From contig NW_014569515.1 of the NCBI RefSeq assembly GCF_000743755.1, forward strand, positions 1 to 55,076: a stretch of 55,076 nucleotides of DNA. Reading direction: 5' to 3'. The stretch comes from Blastocystis sp. subtype 4 (Eukaryota). Each line of letters opens with the position of its first letter. Position 1 is the first letter of the stretch. The notes beneath the pieces were generated by a model that ran no database searches, was not told where the DNA came from, and saw only the letters and a program-made list of their open reading frames with translations. This document shows, piece after piece, positions 1-11,931 of the stretch. Made by a program: the position numbers and the translations under genes.

Positions 1-1
1 G

Positions 2-283
2 GAGTGTGGTTACTGGCCTCTGTATCGTTACGATCCTCGTCGTGCTGAGAAGGGTGAGAATCCATTCCAGCTGGACTTCAAGAAGCTGAAGGGCAAGGTT
101 GCCGATTATTTGAGTGGAGAGAACCGTTACACATCTCTGGAGAGATCTCAGCCTGAGGTTGCAAAGGATCTTCATGAGACACTTCAGAAACAGATTGATA
201 TGAGACATGCAGAGCGTGTGAGAATGGCAATGTCGGATAAACAGCTGTACAAGGAGTTGAACAAGACCTTTGGCAAGAAGTAA
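2..283 (+). CDS. PFO: Pyruvate:ferredoxin oxidoreductase, C-terminal end (5' part lies outside the window)
   Basis: Frame 2 reads ECGYWPLYRYDPRRAEKGENPFQLDFKKLKGKVADYLSGENRYTSL...FGKK*. GYWPLYRY and ENRY/F are typical of the PFO C-terminus. TAA at 281-283. Confidence 0.9.
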   Translation, partial: ECGYWPLYRYDPRRAEKGENPFQLDFKKLKGKVADYLSGENRYTSLERSQPEVAKDLHETLQKQIDMRHAERVRMAMSDKQLYKELNKTFGKK

Positions 284-308
284 AGTAATTGTAGTCGAGT
301 GTTTAATC

Positions 309-323
309 TGTTTGTAACAAACA
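309..323. terminator. Bidirectional GU-rich polyadenylation element
   Basis: TGTTTGTAACAAACA reads TGTTTGTA on + and TGTTTGTT on -, between the convergent PFO and Tpr genes. Confidence 0.8.
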
Positions 324-325
324 TG

Positions 326-3300
326 TTAGTTCTGACAAAGTTGTTGTAAATCACTTTCGGAGAAGATACTCATCATTTTCCTCCGTTCTTCTTGTTTCAC
401 ACTCAACTTGTTTGCTATCTGATTGAGAAGCTTTATGGACCATAACTGGCGTTTCTTCGCCTTATAAGTATCAATCAGTGTATCCAAGCTTGTTTCATCA
501 GGACGAATATGCTTCAAGTACCGCATCCGTAGAATCAAGACTTCTGGAGTGATTTGATGTTTGGTTGGTTTCAACTCAGGTTGTGTTATCTGTCTAATCG
601 TTATCCACTTCGTCTTTCCTTACTGGAATCGTTCCACACGACTACGAAGAACATCTTCTTCCTTCTTCTGTGGGACACCTGGTGCGAGGTTAGGCTTCTT
701 TGGTTCTCCTCCTACAGACTGTTGCTGCTCAGGTAGTTGCCGTTTGAGTGAATCTACCTCTCCATTGGCTGCTTGGAGTACTCCCTGGAACAAGCGAGCA
801 GGAGCGAACTGAGGAGCATCCACACTGAGTTTGGAAACTGGATGAGGTTGAGATTGGTTGGAATGAGACTGGACAGATTTGGGAGTCTGGATTTGTGTAG
901 GTTTGGGAGTCTGGATCTGGGCAGGCTGAGTTTGGGCAGGTCTGATAGACTGTGACTGAACAGGATTGGAAACTGGCACAGAATTCTGATTAGACTTTGA
1001 AGGAGGTGCTGTACTGGTCACTACAGGCGACTGAACAGGATTCGGAGTTAATGGAGCAGCTGATGGTGGGTTCTGAATAGGCTGAGACACTTTTGCCACC
1101 TGGACAGATTGTGATTTAGAACTCTGTGGTGATTTCACGGTCTGGGGTTGTGTAGATGAAGATGGAAGCGATTGACTCACTGCACTCTTACGATCAGCAA
1201 GTATCTTCTCTCGCTCTACCTCTAACAAATGATTCTTCTTTTGCAGGTCCAAAATCTGAGTGGAAGCCCGCTTCTCTTTCTCACTGACTTCCTTCAATTC
1301 TTTCTCCATTTGTTCTTTCTCTCTTTGATATTCCGTAATCTTCTTCTCAAGCATCTCCAAACGTGTGTGTGCTAATGCATGAAGAGATTCCTTCTCCTTG
1401 GCTTGTTTCTCCAGTTCCTCCACCAATTCCTCTGTCTTCATTAGATCTTCTGCTTGCTTCTCCGATTGAGCACGTAGCGTACTGTTCGATTCTGCATAGA
1501 CTTGCAACAGCTGTCTGGCTTCTGCTTCGCGTTTCATAAGATCCGTCACACTTCCTGCTGCCTCGTACTGGGCGAGTTTCTCTGTTATCTCTTCCAATCG
1601 TTTCTCCGCTTGCATACGTGCAGCTACTGCCTCTGATTTCTCCTTCTCCGCATCAGCAGCCTGAGTTTCAGCTAGAGCACGAGCAGATCGAGCGATCTCA
1701 CATTCGCGTCGCAAGCTTCCTGCAAGCACTGCAGAAGACTCCAAATGAGCTGATGAATCAGGACCTTCTCGAGTTAACTACACAATTATCCACAATCTCT
1801 ATCCTTACTTCCGTAATCTGCTTGAATAGAGCTTCATTCTGTTGTACAAGAGTTGTTACACGTTCTCGAAGTTCCTTAGCATCCGCTTCAGTTTCCTTCA
1901 TATCACAGAACCTCTTCATACCTACATTTCGCTGACTTGATTCTCCTGCTTTCATAAGCTCTAATTCCTTCTGTTTTTTCTCAAGAGATTCTTGGGCTGT
2001 CGCTAACTCTAAACGTAAAAGCTGTAGACTCTTCTCCAATGCATGCCATGACTGGAGATCATCTGAGTGCTTCTGGAATTCTTGCCGATAGGTCGTCTCC
2101 AGTGTCGCATAAGCCTCCCGTTGAGACTCTAATGAACACTGCAACACCTCATTCTCATGCTGTGCCAAACTCAGTTTATTCTCACAAGTTTTCAGTTTTG
2201 CTTCCCATTCAGCCTCCTTATTTCCAGCTGGCACCTGATTCTCCAAATTCGCAGTCAATGAATCAAGTTGTGTTTGGATCTTGTTCGATTGTTCTAATTG
2301 CTCTTGTAAAGCCTTGATCTCAGCTTCCTTTTCAGTCTTGTAACGTTCCAACTCTGCTTGCATTGCCATGGCAGCTTGCTGACTCTCTGTCGAGCGTCGT
2401 AAACTCTCTTCCAACTCGGCTCGTACAGCCTTCAATTCGACTGTCTGTTTCGCCAGCTGACGCTCATACTGATGTAGTTCATCAATTGAAACAGTTAGTG
2501 ACTGTGTATTTGAACGAGCTAATGAAGTTAACTGAGCATCAACACGGGCTTCAAGAGACTGAACCACCTTCTCACTCTGGATCTGAAGAAGATTGTGCTC
2601 CTCATTCATTCGATTTCTATGTCTCATTTCTGCTTCCAGAACATACCTTGAAACCAATTCAGCTTTCACATCCCGAAGTTCTGCCTGTGTTTGTTTTAGC
2701 TGCTCACTCAATCCACGCTCCTTCTCGAAGGCCTAGTATTCATACGACCGAACCACATATACCTCCTGCAGACGACCCAGATGAATCACACAAGCCTTAT
2801 CTAATTGGTCCTTAGCCTCTTGTTCAGCTCCCTGCGCTTTTTTCAGATCACTTCGAAGAACTGCCAACTCAGCTTCATGACGCTGTTGGACTGTCTGACT
2901 GCTACGTTGGACCTCAGTCAATAGATCAGACAAGCGCTTTCGCTCAGTCTGCCAAGCATCACGAGATGCCTGAAGAGCCGTCTGAGAGGCTGTTAATCGT
3001 TCTACTTGTTGTTTTAAAGCAGCTTGAGAGCCTGATAGCTTCACAGTCTAGACATTACCAACTCATCTCATATTCACCTTCTCACGCTCTGTATCAACTT
3101 CCTTCTGCTTTGCTGCAAGCAAACGCTGTAGCTCACATGCTTCTTGGCCCATCTTACGAGCTTGCATTTCTAGGGAAGTTACCAGATTTTGTTGATGATC
3201 GAATGCCTCACGAGCCTGGGCTGCACTCTTTTGCTCCAGCTCGACTTCCTGTTTCGCCTGATCTAACTCAGCTGTTTTGTCCATCAACTGTCGATGAAGT

Positions 3301-5373
3301 GAATCCACTTTTTCCTGAAGAGAACTGCGAACTGTTTGCAACTGTAATACTGTCTCTTTTGCGTGTTGTAAAAGCTGAGCATGAGTCGCTTGGAAACTCT
3401 GTTCTGGCTTGTTCTGTTCCAATACAATTGCATCTCTCTCAGCTAACAACTCTTTGTACATATCTCGTTGCTTCGTGATCACAGTATTCATATGTTCCTC
3501 TTCTTTCTGTGCTCTACGCAAAGCATCCAATTCTGTCTCCAGTGCTTCGATACGTTCCTTCTCCTGAGAATTGCCTGACTTGGACTGATTGGCCTCTAAT
3601 TCTGCGATACGATCAACCAGTTTCTGAGTCGACAAGCGTAATTCCTTCTCTGTATTTTCCTCTCCCTTCTGCTCCAAGTTGTTCATGATCTGTTCTAGTG
3701 TCTCCGCACGCTTTTTCTGTTTCTGAGCCTCCTTTTTTGCTACTTCTAGTTCATGTTTTAGAGCTGTAACTTCTCTAAGAATCAGTACGATTGAATGGAC
3801 TAACGTTGATACCGAAGCATAGAGCTTAGCAAGACGCTGTTGACCAGCTACCATTTCCTGATATTCCTGTTGTTGCTTAGCAAGTTGAGGAGTCTTTGCT
3901 TCGATATCTTGTAATACATGCTCCAAATATCTAGAGATCAATTAGTCCTTCTTCCATTACAACTCGGCCTCTTCCTTATCCTTATGTGCTTGTTCACATT
4001 CCTCTTCCAGCTTCAGTAAACGAGTATACAGATCCACTAGACTCACTCCATGCTTGGATAATGAAGCTTGAACTACAGCCTCACTTAAATGATGTGAATC
4101 CAAGATCACACCTGTCTCTTCACGTAACGAAGGACGTCTTGTTTTCATTTCATTCACACGTCGTTCTGCAGCTGCTTGTTTACTCTGTGCAATCTCCAAC
4201 TTCTTCATCAAACTAGCACGATCCGTGATCCATGTCTGTTCCTTCTCCTGCATTTGTTTGATGAGTGTCTGCATTGATGTTCGCTGCTTCTCAAGATCAA
4301 CAATTTGCTCATCCTTCCTTTCCATCACTCTCCAACTCTTCACTTACAAGGATTCTAAACGAAGATGCTCTTGAAGAATGACTTGAGTGTGAGCTTTCAG
4401 ATTTGCGAGTTCATTTGTGGTTGTTTCCAGATCCTGGTGAGCTGCAGAGGATCGATCTGTGAGGTCACGGATTTGACGTTGAAGTTCAGTAACAGTTGAT
4501 TCAGCTGAATTCTTAGAGGCAGTCAGCATGGAAATCTCATGTCGCCAGTTCTCCTCCTTCTTTCGATACGTCATTCGTTCATTATCCAAAGTATTCTGAA
4601 CTTCTGTAACGGTTTCACTCAAAACTTGATTTTGATTAACCTACAACTCAACAGAAAGATAGAAACATACTGCAACATCACGGTGTTGAATAGCTGCAGA
4701 CAATTGGATCTTCAGCGAAGATACTGTACCTTCTGTTTGACCTAACTCGCTCTTAAGAGACAGTTCTTGCTTTACAGCCTAGTTCTTACCATACTTCTCT
4801 AATTTCACCTCTTCCAATCGTGTGGTCACTTCTTCCAGCTGAGATTGTAATGTGTCGATTTGAGACTGACGACTACTATTTAATTCTTTTGTTAGTAGTG
4901 CTTCTTCTCGTAACTGCTGAATCTCCAGTTTCAATTGAGTTACCACATCTCCAGATCCTGACTGCTCTTTCTGAATACGTAGGAGCTCATCCTATCTATA
5001 ACTAGGCACATACAATAGAACCGATAATTCACTCTTTTTAGTTCTCTCATCTTTTAATTCAGTTCGAAGAGCTTCGATTTCCTGCGTTTGGGAAAGCAAA
5101 CTTTTGCGCAGGTCGAAAAACGTCATCTCCAATTCATGATAGGTTTGCTCCATGTCCATCATCTCTGAAACGATTAAGAACACAAATAGAACAATACCTG
5201 TATGTTTCCCAGTTTCTAGGGATTCAACTCTCTTTCTCAATTCTTCAACACCCCCAATTAATTTGTCAAATACTGCTTTTACATTTGGTTCTGCAGAATT
5301 GCACAAAAGAACGTCCTAGAGGGATTAACATAATCAACTGTTCTAGTCCTACAGACTCTGAGAGAAGATCCAT
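326..5373 (-). CDS. TPR: Nucleoporin Tpr/Mlp1-like coiled-coil protein, multi-exon, start approximate
   Basis: Chain of minus-strand coiled-coil ORFs joined by ~30-nt introns (e.g. 594-623). SLVDLY..YLEHVLQDIEAKTP, KQRDMYKELL, YRQEFQKH and QQNEALFKQI resemble Tpr/Mlp1 segments. P/Q/S-rich tail. Confidence 0.8.
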
Positions 5374-5796
5374 ATCTCAATTTGCCGAACCCTTGTACAA
5401 GTTCCAGATGCCTCTTAGTGAATCGGCAGTTGCGCCATCTGATGGCGCAAACCGAAGAGTGACGCAAAACAACAGCTGTCGAGATGATAAGGCTTGGAAG
5501 AATAGATGAAATGGAAGTAGTTGAGTTGATGTATCTATCCATGTTGGGTATGTATTTGAGTACTTATTATTCATTTAATCAGTTTCATTCTAGACCATTA
5601 TTGAACACATGTTATTCTATCTATTTGAATCGAAATTGTCTACAATGCTAGCAAGAAAAACAAAAATCGAGTTCTTCAAAATTATTGGATGCAATTTGCT
5701 ATAGTCTAGTTTTATCCAATAATTTGCAGAATATTACGAATAACGATTCTAAACTCTTAGCTTCTTCAAGCGTCATATTTATTTTGATTGACTTGA

Positions 5797-6117
<321 letters not shown>

Positions 6118-6448
6118 AGAACCTCGATTTAATAGTTGTTAGGTGTATGTAAATACCATGTTTCTTTGTTCTATCAACCTATTCGTCTATATTCCTTTTG
6201 AGTCCACGATACTAAATTAGTCAATAATTATCTTGTTAGCAACTGAAAGTAGGTAACAGGATGCAATGAGGAATAATAATTTTGAGTTAGCCTAGGAAAA
6301 ATAACAAAGAACTATGGAATTCTGAAGATGATCTTAAGATTTGTTTTCTAATTCTTGAATTTCTTTATGCTCATTGCATTTGATACATGGAATGAGTTTT
6401 GTACATCATATAATCTTTGATAATACTGTATTTTATATCTAATCTATA

Positions 6449-7212
6449 ATGTCTACTGGAAGAAGAGTATTTGCCGATTGCGAGTCTATATCTGCAGACA
6501 AGCCTCGTATCACTGGCCATGTCAAATGGTATAATGCGATAATTGTTTGATCTGATGTCTGCTTTGATTTATAGGGATATGGATTCATTTCGACAGAAGG
6601 TGAGAATCCTATGGACTATTTTGTCCACCGAACTCAGGTATACTCTGAGGATCGCTTCCCTAAACATCCTGTTCTTCGTAATCATGAAGAGGTTGAGTTT
6701 TGGGGAGAGGAAACTGCTCAAGGTCTTGCTGCCCGTGAAGTGTCTCTTCCTGGTGGTGTCATTGTTCCTTCGTAATATTTGTGGTAGTTTGCTTATGTAT
6801 AGGGTAATCAATCCAGTTGTGATCTTATAAGTAGAGACCGGTACGTTTCTTCAGAAGAATGAGAAGTGATCGTCGTCATTTCAGAAGACCTCAGAAATCT
6901 GAAGGTACTCCTGAGAAGAAAGAGGATGCTCCTGTTCAACAAACTGAGGAGCGAGCGCCTAAGAAGAATTTCCGACCCAAGAGAAGAGAAGTGAAGGAGT
7001 CCCCGGAAGAGAAGCCTGCTGAAGGTGCTGCTACAGAGGTGAAGCGTCGTAGACCTAATAAGAAGAGATACTACAAAAAGAATAGACGCACTAATGTAGA
7101 GAAACCTGCTGAAGAGAAACCAGTGGAGGAGAAGCCTGAAGAGAAACCAACGGAAGAGAAGAAACCTGTTGAAGAGAAGCCAGCAGATTCTCCTGCTAAA
7201 GTTGATGCCTAA
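6449..7212 (+). CDS. Cold-shock domain protein with charged low-complexity tail
   Basis: Spliced translation RITGHVKWYNAII|GYGFISTEGENPMDYFVHRTQV carries the CSD RNP motifs. Introns at 6545-6574, 6772-6802 and 6804-6834. R/K/E-rich tail. Confidence 0.85.
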
Positions 7213-7243
7213 ATGTTATACTACTAACCCTTAATAGTCACAA

Positions 7244-7259
7244 TGCTTGTTAACAAACA
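7244..7259. terminator. Back-to-back polyadenylation elements
   Basis: TGCTTGTT followed directly by AACAAACA, between the convergent CSD and Psf2 genes. Confidence 0.75.
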
Positions 7260-7261
7260 CT

Positions 7262-8038
7262 TCATTTTGGGTTCATTAAATGAAATCTTGTATCTTCACT
7301 CTTGTTGATTTCTTCCATGACCGGTAAAAACTGGGAAAAGAGACGATTCACTTCAACTGCCGATGCTCCATTTATGATCTACATTCAAAGACAAGACTAA
7401 TATGTACATCATAAAACGGCCTCCGAACGAACTCCCGAGATTCATCCTTCTTATACTCCTGTTCCAATGTAGAAGAGACATAACTGAACACAACACCGCG
7501 GAATTCACTTAGCCGATTCTCTCGCACCTTGATAAGTGTGTCAATCAATGACCGTACTTCTCTCACGTCTTGAATATCATCTTCACAACTACAATATCAG
7601 TTATATTCTCTGCAATAACCTCTCAAGAAGTAGTCTAGATATTTCAATATAATGTTCTGGCAACTCTACCAAAGAATAGTTGCTTTTAATATCTGTATTT
7701 CTATCTGCCTCAAGTGATTTCCGGAGGTTATCTACAGTCGTACAAATATTATATCAATACCTGGAGACATCCAATCAGGCATGACAACACGACATTTGTT
7801 ATTACGTTTAAGAATTAGAGCAAGCCATAATGGCACTTTTGCACGTTCCAATGGTTCAAAAGGACCATATTCACCCTACAAATAACAATAACAGTATGGA
7901 AATACGCAAATCATTTCCAACTTTCTCATTCTAACACTGGAAATAATTTCTATCAACTCATCTTCAGCCTAATCATAACAATAATAGAAATAGTCTTACA
8001 AAGAATTCTAAATCAACTAGACTCAATTTTCTTGGCAT
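7262..8038 (-). CDS. PSF2: GINS complex subunit Psf2
   Basis: Spliced: FAEDELIEII...GEYGPFEP..AKVPLWLALILK..KCRVVMPDWM...LPEHYIEIS..DDIQDVREVRSLIDTL..R. Confidence 0.92.
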
Positions 8039-8118
8039 CGAATTTATCTAGTTGAGTATATGATAGTTGTTTGAATGAAATCAATATCTTTTATAATGGA
8101 CCATATAATTATTTGCAA

Positions 8119-8190
8119 GCGTCAATGGTCTAATGGTTAGGATTCTACCCTTCCAAGGTAGAGGTCCGGGTTCAATTCCCGGTTGACGCA
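8119..8190 (+). tRNA. tRNA-Gly (anticodon TCC)
   Basis: Acceptor stem GCGTCAA/TTGACGC, anticodon arm CTACC-CTTCCAA-GGTAG, T-loop GGTTCAATTCCC, followed by a T-run Pol III terminator. Confidence 0.97.
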
Positions 8191-8693
8191 TTTTTCTATT
8201 TTGCGTTTGTTGTCTTGAGGCAGCAATTACTTTCGGATGGTGATATTGGAAATTATGAGAACAAAGCAAACGGATGCTAATAGATTTGTCAGCTAGTGTA
8301 ATTAATATGCAGTGAATATCGTGTATACATTCTGCATTATACATGTACAAAAGATTATTCAAACAATTAGACTACAATTATACAATTCTAGGATGATCAT
8401 ATAGTATCAGATGCAGACGTCTGATTAAGGGTCATTAATATTAGTTACTCAGACACAGTTTTTGAAGCCAATGAAATCATTCTAGCAACTTGAAAGTATC
8501 TTATTATATCCTTAACGCCATTTACAATCTAGTCAGTGATAGAAAGAAATGGCCAATTCACCTTTTCTTATACATCAAATCCTGGTCTCGGCTTCTGAAC
8601 AGTATCACGGGAATCAATGTACTATGACGGATTAGGATCACAATTAAACCTTTTGTGTTTTCTGTAATTCTTCGTTTGTGTTGTTGAAATCAG

Positions 8694-9332
8694 ATGAAAA
8701 CGTTTGTAGCACTTGTGGCTATTGTCCTTATGACTTGTGCATGTATTTCTAACTCCTCTTCTTTAATCATAGATTCCGAAGTGACAATTGTTGAGTATTC
8801 ACCTGCAAATGGCGCTTCCATTAACGATATTCAATCTCCCATTGTCTTGACTTTTTCAGATGCAGTGAAAACAGGGAATGGTTCGGTGGTACTTCGCAAT
8901 GGATTCAACGATACAGAAGTTATCGAACCCACTTCTTCACAGTTCGTACTGGTGAATAGGACTTTGACTATTACAAGCAAGGATTCTTTTTATTATGGAA
9001 GCACATATTCTGTTTTCTTTGATGGTCAGCCTATTTTGGATTTGAACAATGTTCCTGTTGTTTTGAACGAAGGAACTTATTCTTTCTCTATTAACAGTTG
9101 AAGATGGTATAGAGAGTCATCTGTAGAAAAAGATAATGGACCAATGTTCATCGGTATTGGAATCGGAATGGGATTGATGCTTATTCTCATTTTCGTTGCA
9201 TAGTATATTTTGATTTGACTCTTTTGATTTCTAGTTTCATTTTAAAGTGTCTGGTTAAGAGAAAGGAAGCTAGAGAGAATAAGCTCCCTGAAGTGATTCA
9301 GGAAGTAAAGACGGAAACAGAAAATAAAGCTT
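8694..9332 (+). CDS. Type I membrane protein with a bacterial-type (SbsA/Big_5-like) Ig domain; stop predicted to be completed by poly(A)
   Basis: Signal peptide, then SPANGA..IVLTFSDAVKTGNGSVVL..TLTIT..GSTYSV..ILDL, then TM segment FIGIGIGMGLMLILIFVAYFIL and a short tail. Three 30-32 nt introns. Confidence 0.75.
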
Positions 9333-9367
9333 CGATTGTTTGTTAGTACATTATTCATCAGTACTTG

Positions 9368-11757
9368 ATGATAGGAAAACGATTTATTGCTTTATCCTTT
9401 CTTCTCCTTCTTTTTTGTTCATGTTGGTGGTTTTTTTCGTCAACAACACTCTAGGTGAAGAAGATGTCCTGGAGATGGAAGTAACCGTGAGCAATGAATC
9501 TGTCCAAGTGCAGCATGAAATTGAACCTCCAGAGAGTCTCGGTGATGAGAATGGGAAGGAAGTTATCGATTGTGGTATTTCTATTGTCTTTGATTCAACC
9601 AATAGATGTCTTTTTCCCCAATAAAACTTGTAAGGAGAATTTCGAGTAAGATAAAACCCTTGGCGGTAATCTCATAGGAATCTGCAGAAAATAAATGAAA
9701 TGGAGAAGGTATTTGAGTGTACCTTTTCATTTTGATGACTATTATTAGATTTTGATCGGTTCCTAGCTTGTTTGAGTGCTAGCTGCTTTGAAAATGAAAA
9801 GAAGTATCTTCAAGAACGGGCAGATATAGGTGATCCAAATGCAATGTATACTTTGTCCATATTGTAATTACTTTTCTTGGTATTGAGAAATAGTCATCGC
9901 TTTGGCGTTTTCAACTATTCCAAAGATGAAGTACTTTCAGAGATGTATTTATCATTTGCATTCGAAAGTGGAAGTGCCATCGCAGCCTTATCAGAAGGTA
10001 CTTATCTTACTTGGTACTCAGAAATAGGAACACGATACCAATGTGGATATCACAAAACTGTAAATGCAACGAAAATGTATGATATCATCCTTCCTGCTTG
10101 GCGAATGCTGTATCATCGCAATGAAAGTCTCTTTGAAGCTCTCTATTTGAAGACAACCGTCGATGTAGTTCTATGTTGAGAACTTAATGGTAGTGGCCAA
10201 TGGATGTGATGTCAAAGACTTACGATGTAACCGATTATTTGGAAATCCTAAGGGAGCAAATGACAGAGAAGAAGTTCATAGCAACGCAGAGAGCAGTGTA
10301 TCTATCAAGTTGAAGAGATGTAGATGGATGATGCATAGAGAAGCATCGGAATTATAAAGGATTACTGGATTTATACAAAGATGAACCTCAAGAACAACAT
10401 TTGTTTGGTTACATGTATTTGGAAGGATTAGGAGTACCTCGAGATTATGCCAAGGCTTGGTATTATTTCGATAATTCATCTAATCCATTATTCAATTCTT
10501 CATATTGTGTCTTTGGGAAAGGAATCATTCATTTCTATGGTAACATTAGATGTTTAATTGAATGGCAGGTCTCGGTATTGACAAGAATGAAACCGCCGGG
10601 TGTGAATGGATTGACCAAGCATTCCGAATGAATCTTCTGAATCCTGTATTCATGTATTATAATGGTCTCTGTAAACTTCACCAGCATCGTTTTTCGGAAG
10701 CAAACGATGACTTTTCTGCTGCTTCCTTCCAACAGTTTACTCCTGCTATTGATATGGTTATTCGTATGAAGGAATTAAATTTGGGACAGAGAATGAAACT
10801 GAATGCATCTGGATTCTTCGGATCAATTCTAATCAGTCACTTACGTGAATTCTTCAAATGTGTAGTTGATGTAAATTTGGTCCCAGATGCTAACATGTAG
10901 AGAATAAGAGACTATAACGATCAGAAGAATACGGATGGAAGCTTGCTATATGAAATGATTGCATTTGATTTGAATTTACCTTACTGGGGAACTCATATGA
11001 TGGACATTTTTGAACGACGGGTTTGGAAGGGTTATGAGCCAAAATTCCTGTTCAGTTCACTTGATGAGACCAATATGGTTTATCGTGACAGTATGGAGTT
11101 CATTTTGAGTATCAACCCGGATAATGAACATGCACTTGATGTTGCTAAAGCATATATTGAGGGTGATCATGGATTTGAACGTAATCTGACTTTAGCAAGA
11201 GAAATGTTAATGACGATCAAAGCGAAAAGTGCTCCATTTTATCTCGGGTTGATTCAGTTGATGGAGAATCATATGTAGTGTGATCAACTATGAGGGGAAG
11301 GATTACCAGGACATTGAGTCGAGCAAGATGTATCTAGACAAGGCTAGTTGCTATTCCTATTGGTCTTAACTCTAGTTGCTTCCAACAGTCATGTTGTTGC
11401 TGCCCTTGTCTATCGTCTTCGGTTGATTGTCATTATTCTACTGGAAAGTCATTTATAGGGAACTTGCATTTGGCGACAGATTCAACGTGGGGAATGGAGA
11501 CAGGGTTTGTCAATCTTGATTAAGTCATTGATTTTGGATCACGAAGATCTTGTATTTGACAATAACTGTAATTTGATGTATTTCTATTCATTGTTGATGA
11601 CTGTAGAACCAAAGTAGAGAATCATGTTAACGTAGAAACGGTTCTTGAGTGGGCAGTGAAGATGTCTGAAGAAGATACACAGTTTCTGAAGAAGGGGTCT
11701 TGGAGCAAGTTCTTCTTTGATGATGACGAAGAGGAGTTGAATGAAGAGGTAGAATGA
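9368..11757 (+). CDS. Sel1-like repeat protein with signal peptide (SEL1L/Hrd3-like), multi-exon
   Basis: GYMYLEGLGVPRDYAKAWYYF, GLGIDKNETAG and AYIEGDHGFERNLTLA repeats. Hydrophobic N-terminus, acidic C-terminus. Confidence 0.7.
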
Positions 11758-11931
11758 TTTTTTCTTTTATGTGGTGATGTGTTTGTTGATACTATAACGA
11801 ATGTGTCACCTATTAGATGTGACTAGTTGAGAGTCATCTTGTTTGTGAGTGATTTGTGATGCAACACAACTCTATGACACATCGAGAAAACTACTTCTAT
11901 TTGTACAATCTGAACACATTGTTTTTGCAAG

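Noticed and set aside
860..935. 24-nt near-repeat (QIQTPK twice) in the Tpr tail as a CRISPR-like or mobile repeat
   Set aside because: Ordinary low-complexity coding duplication; no spacers, transposase or terminal repeats seen in the window.
8081..8362. 93-aa minus-strand ORF
   Set aside because: It is antisense to tRNA-Gly; PGIEPG is a typical tRNA shadow translation.
11855..11917. Possible C/D snoRNA (GTGATGC...ATGA...CTGA with a short terminal stem)
   Set aside because: C box is imperfect, I could not identify an rRNA-complementary guide, and it overlaps the likely NAT9 5' region.
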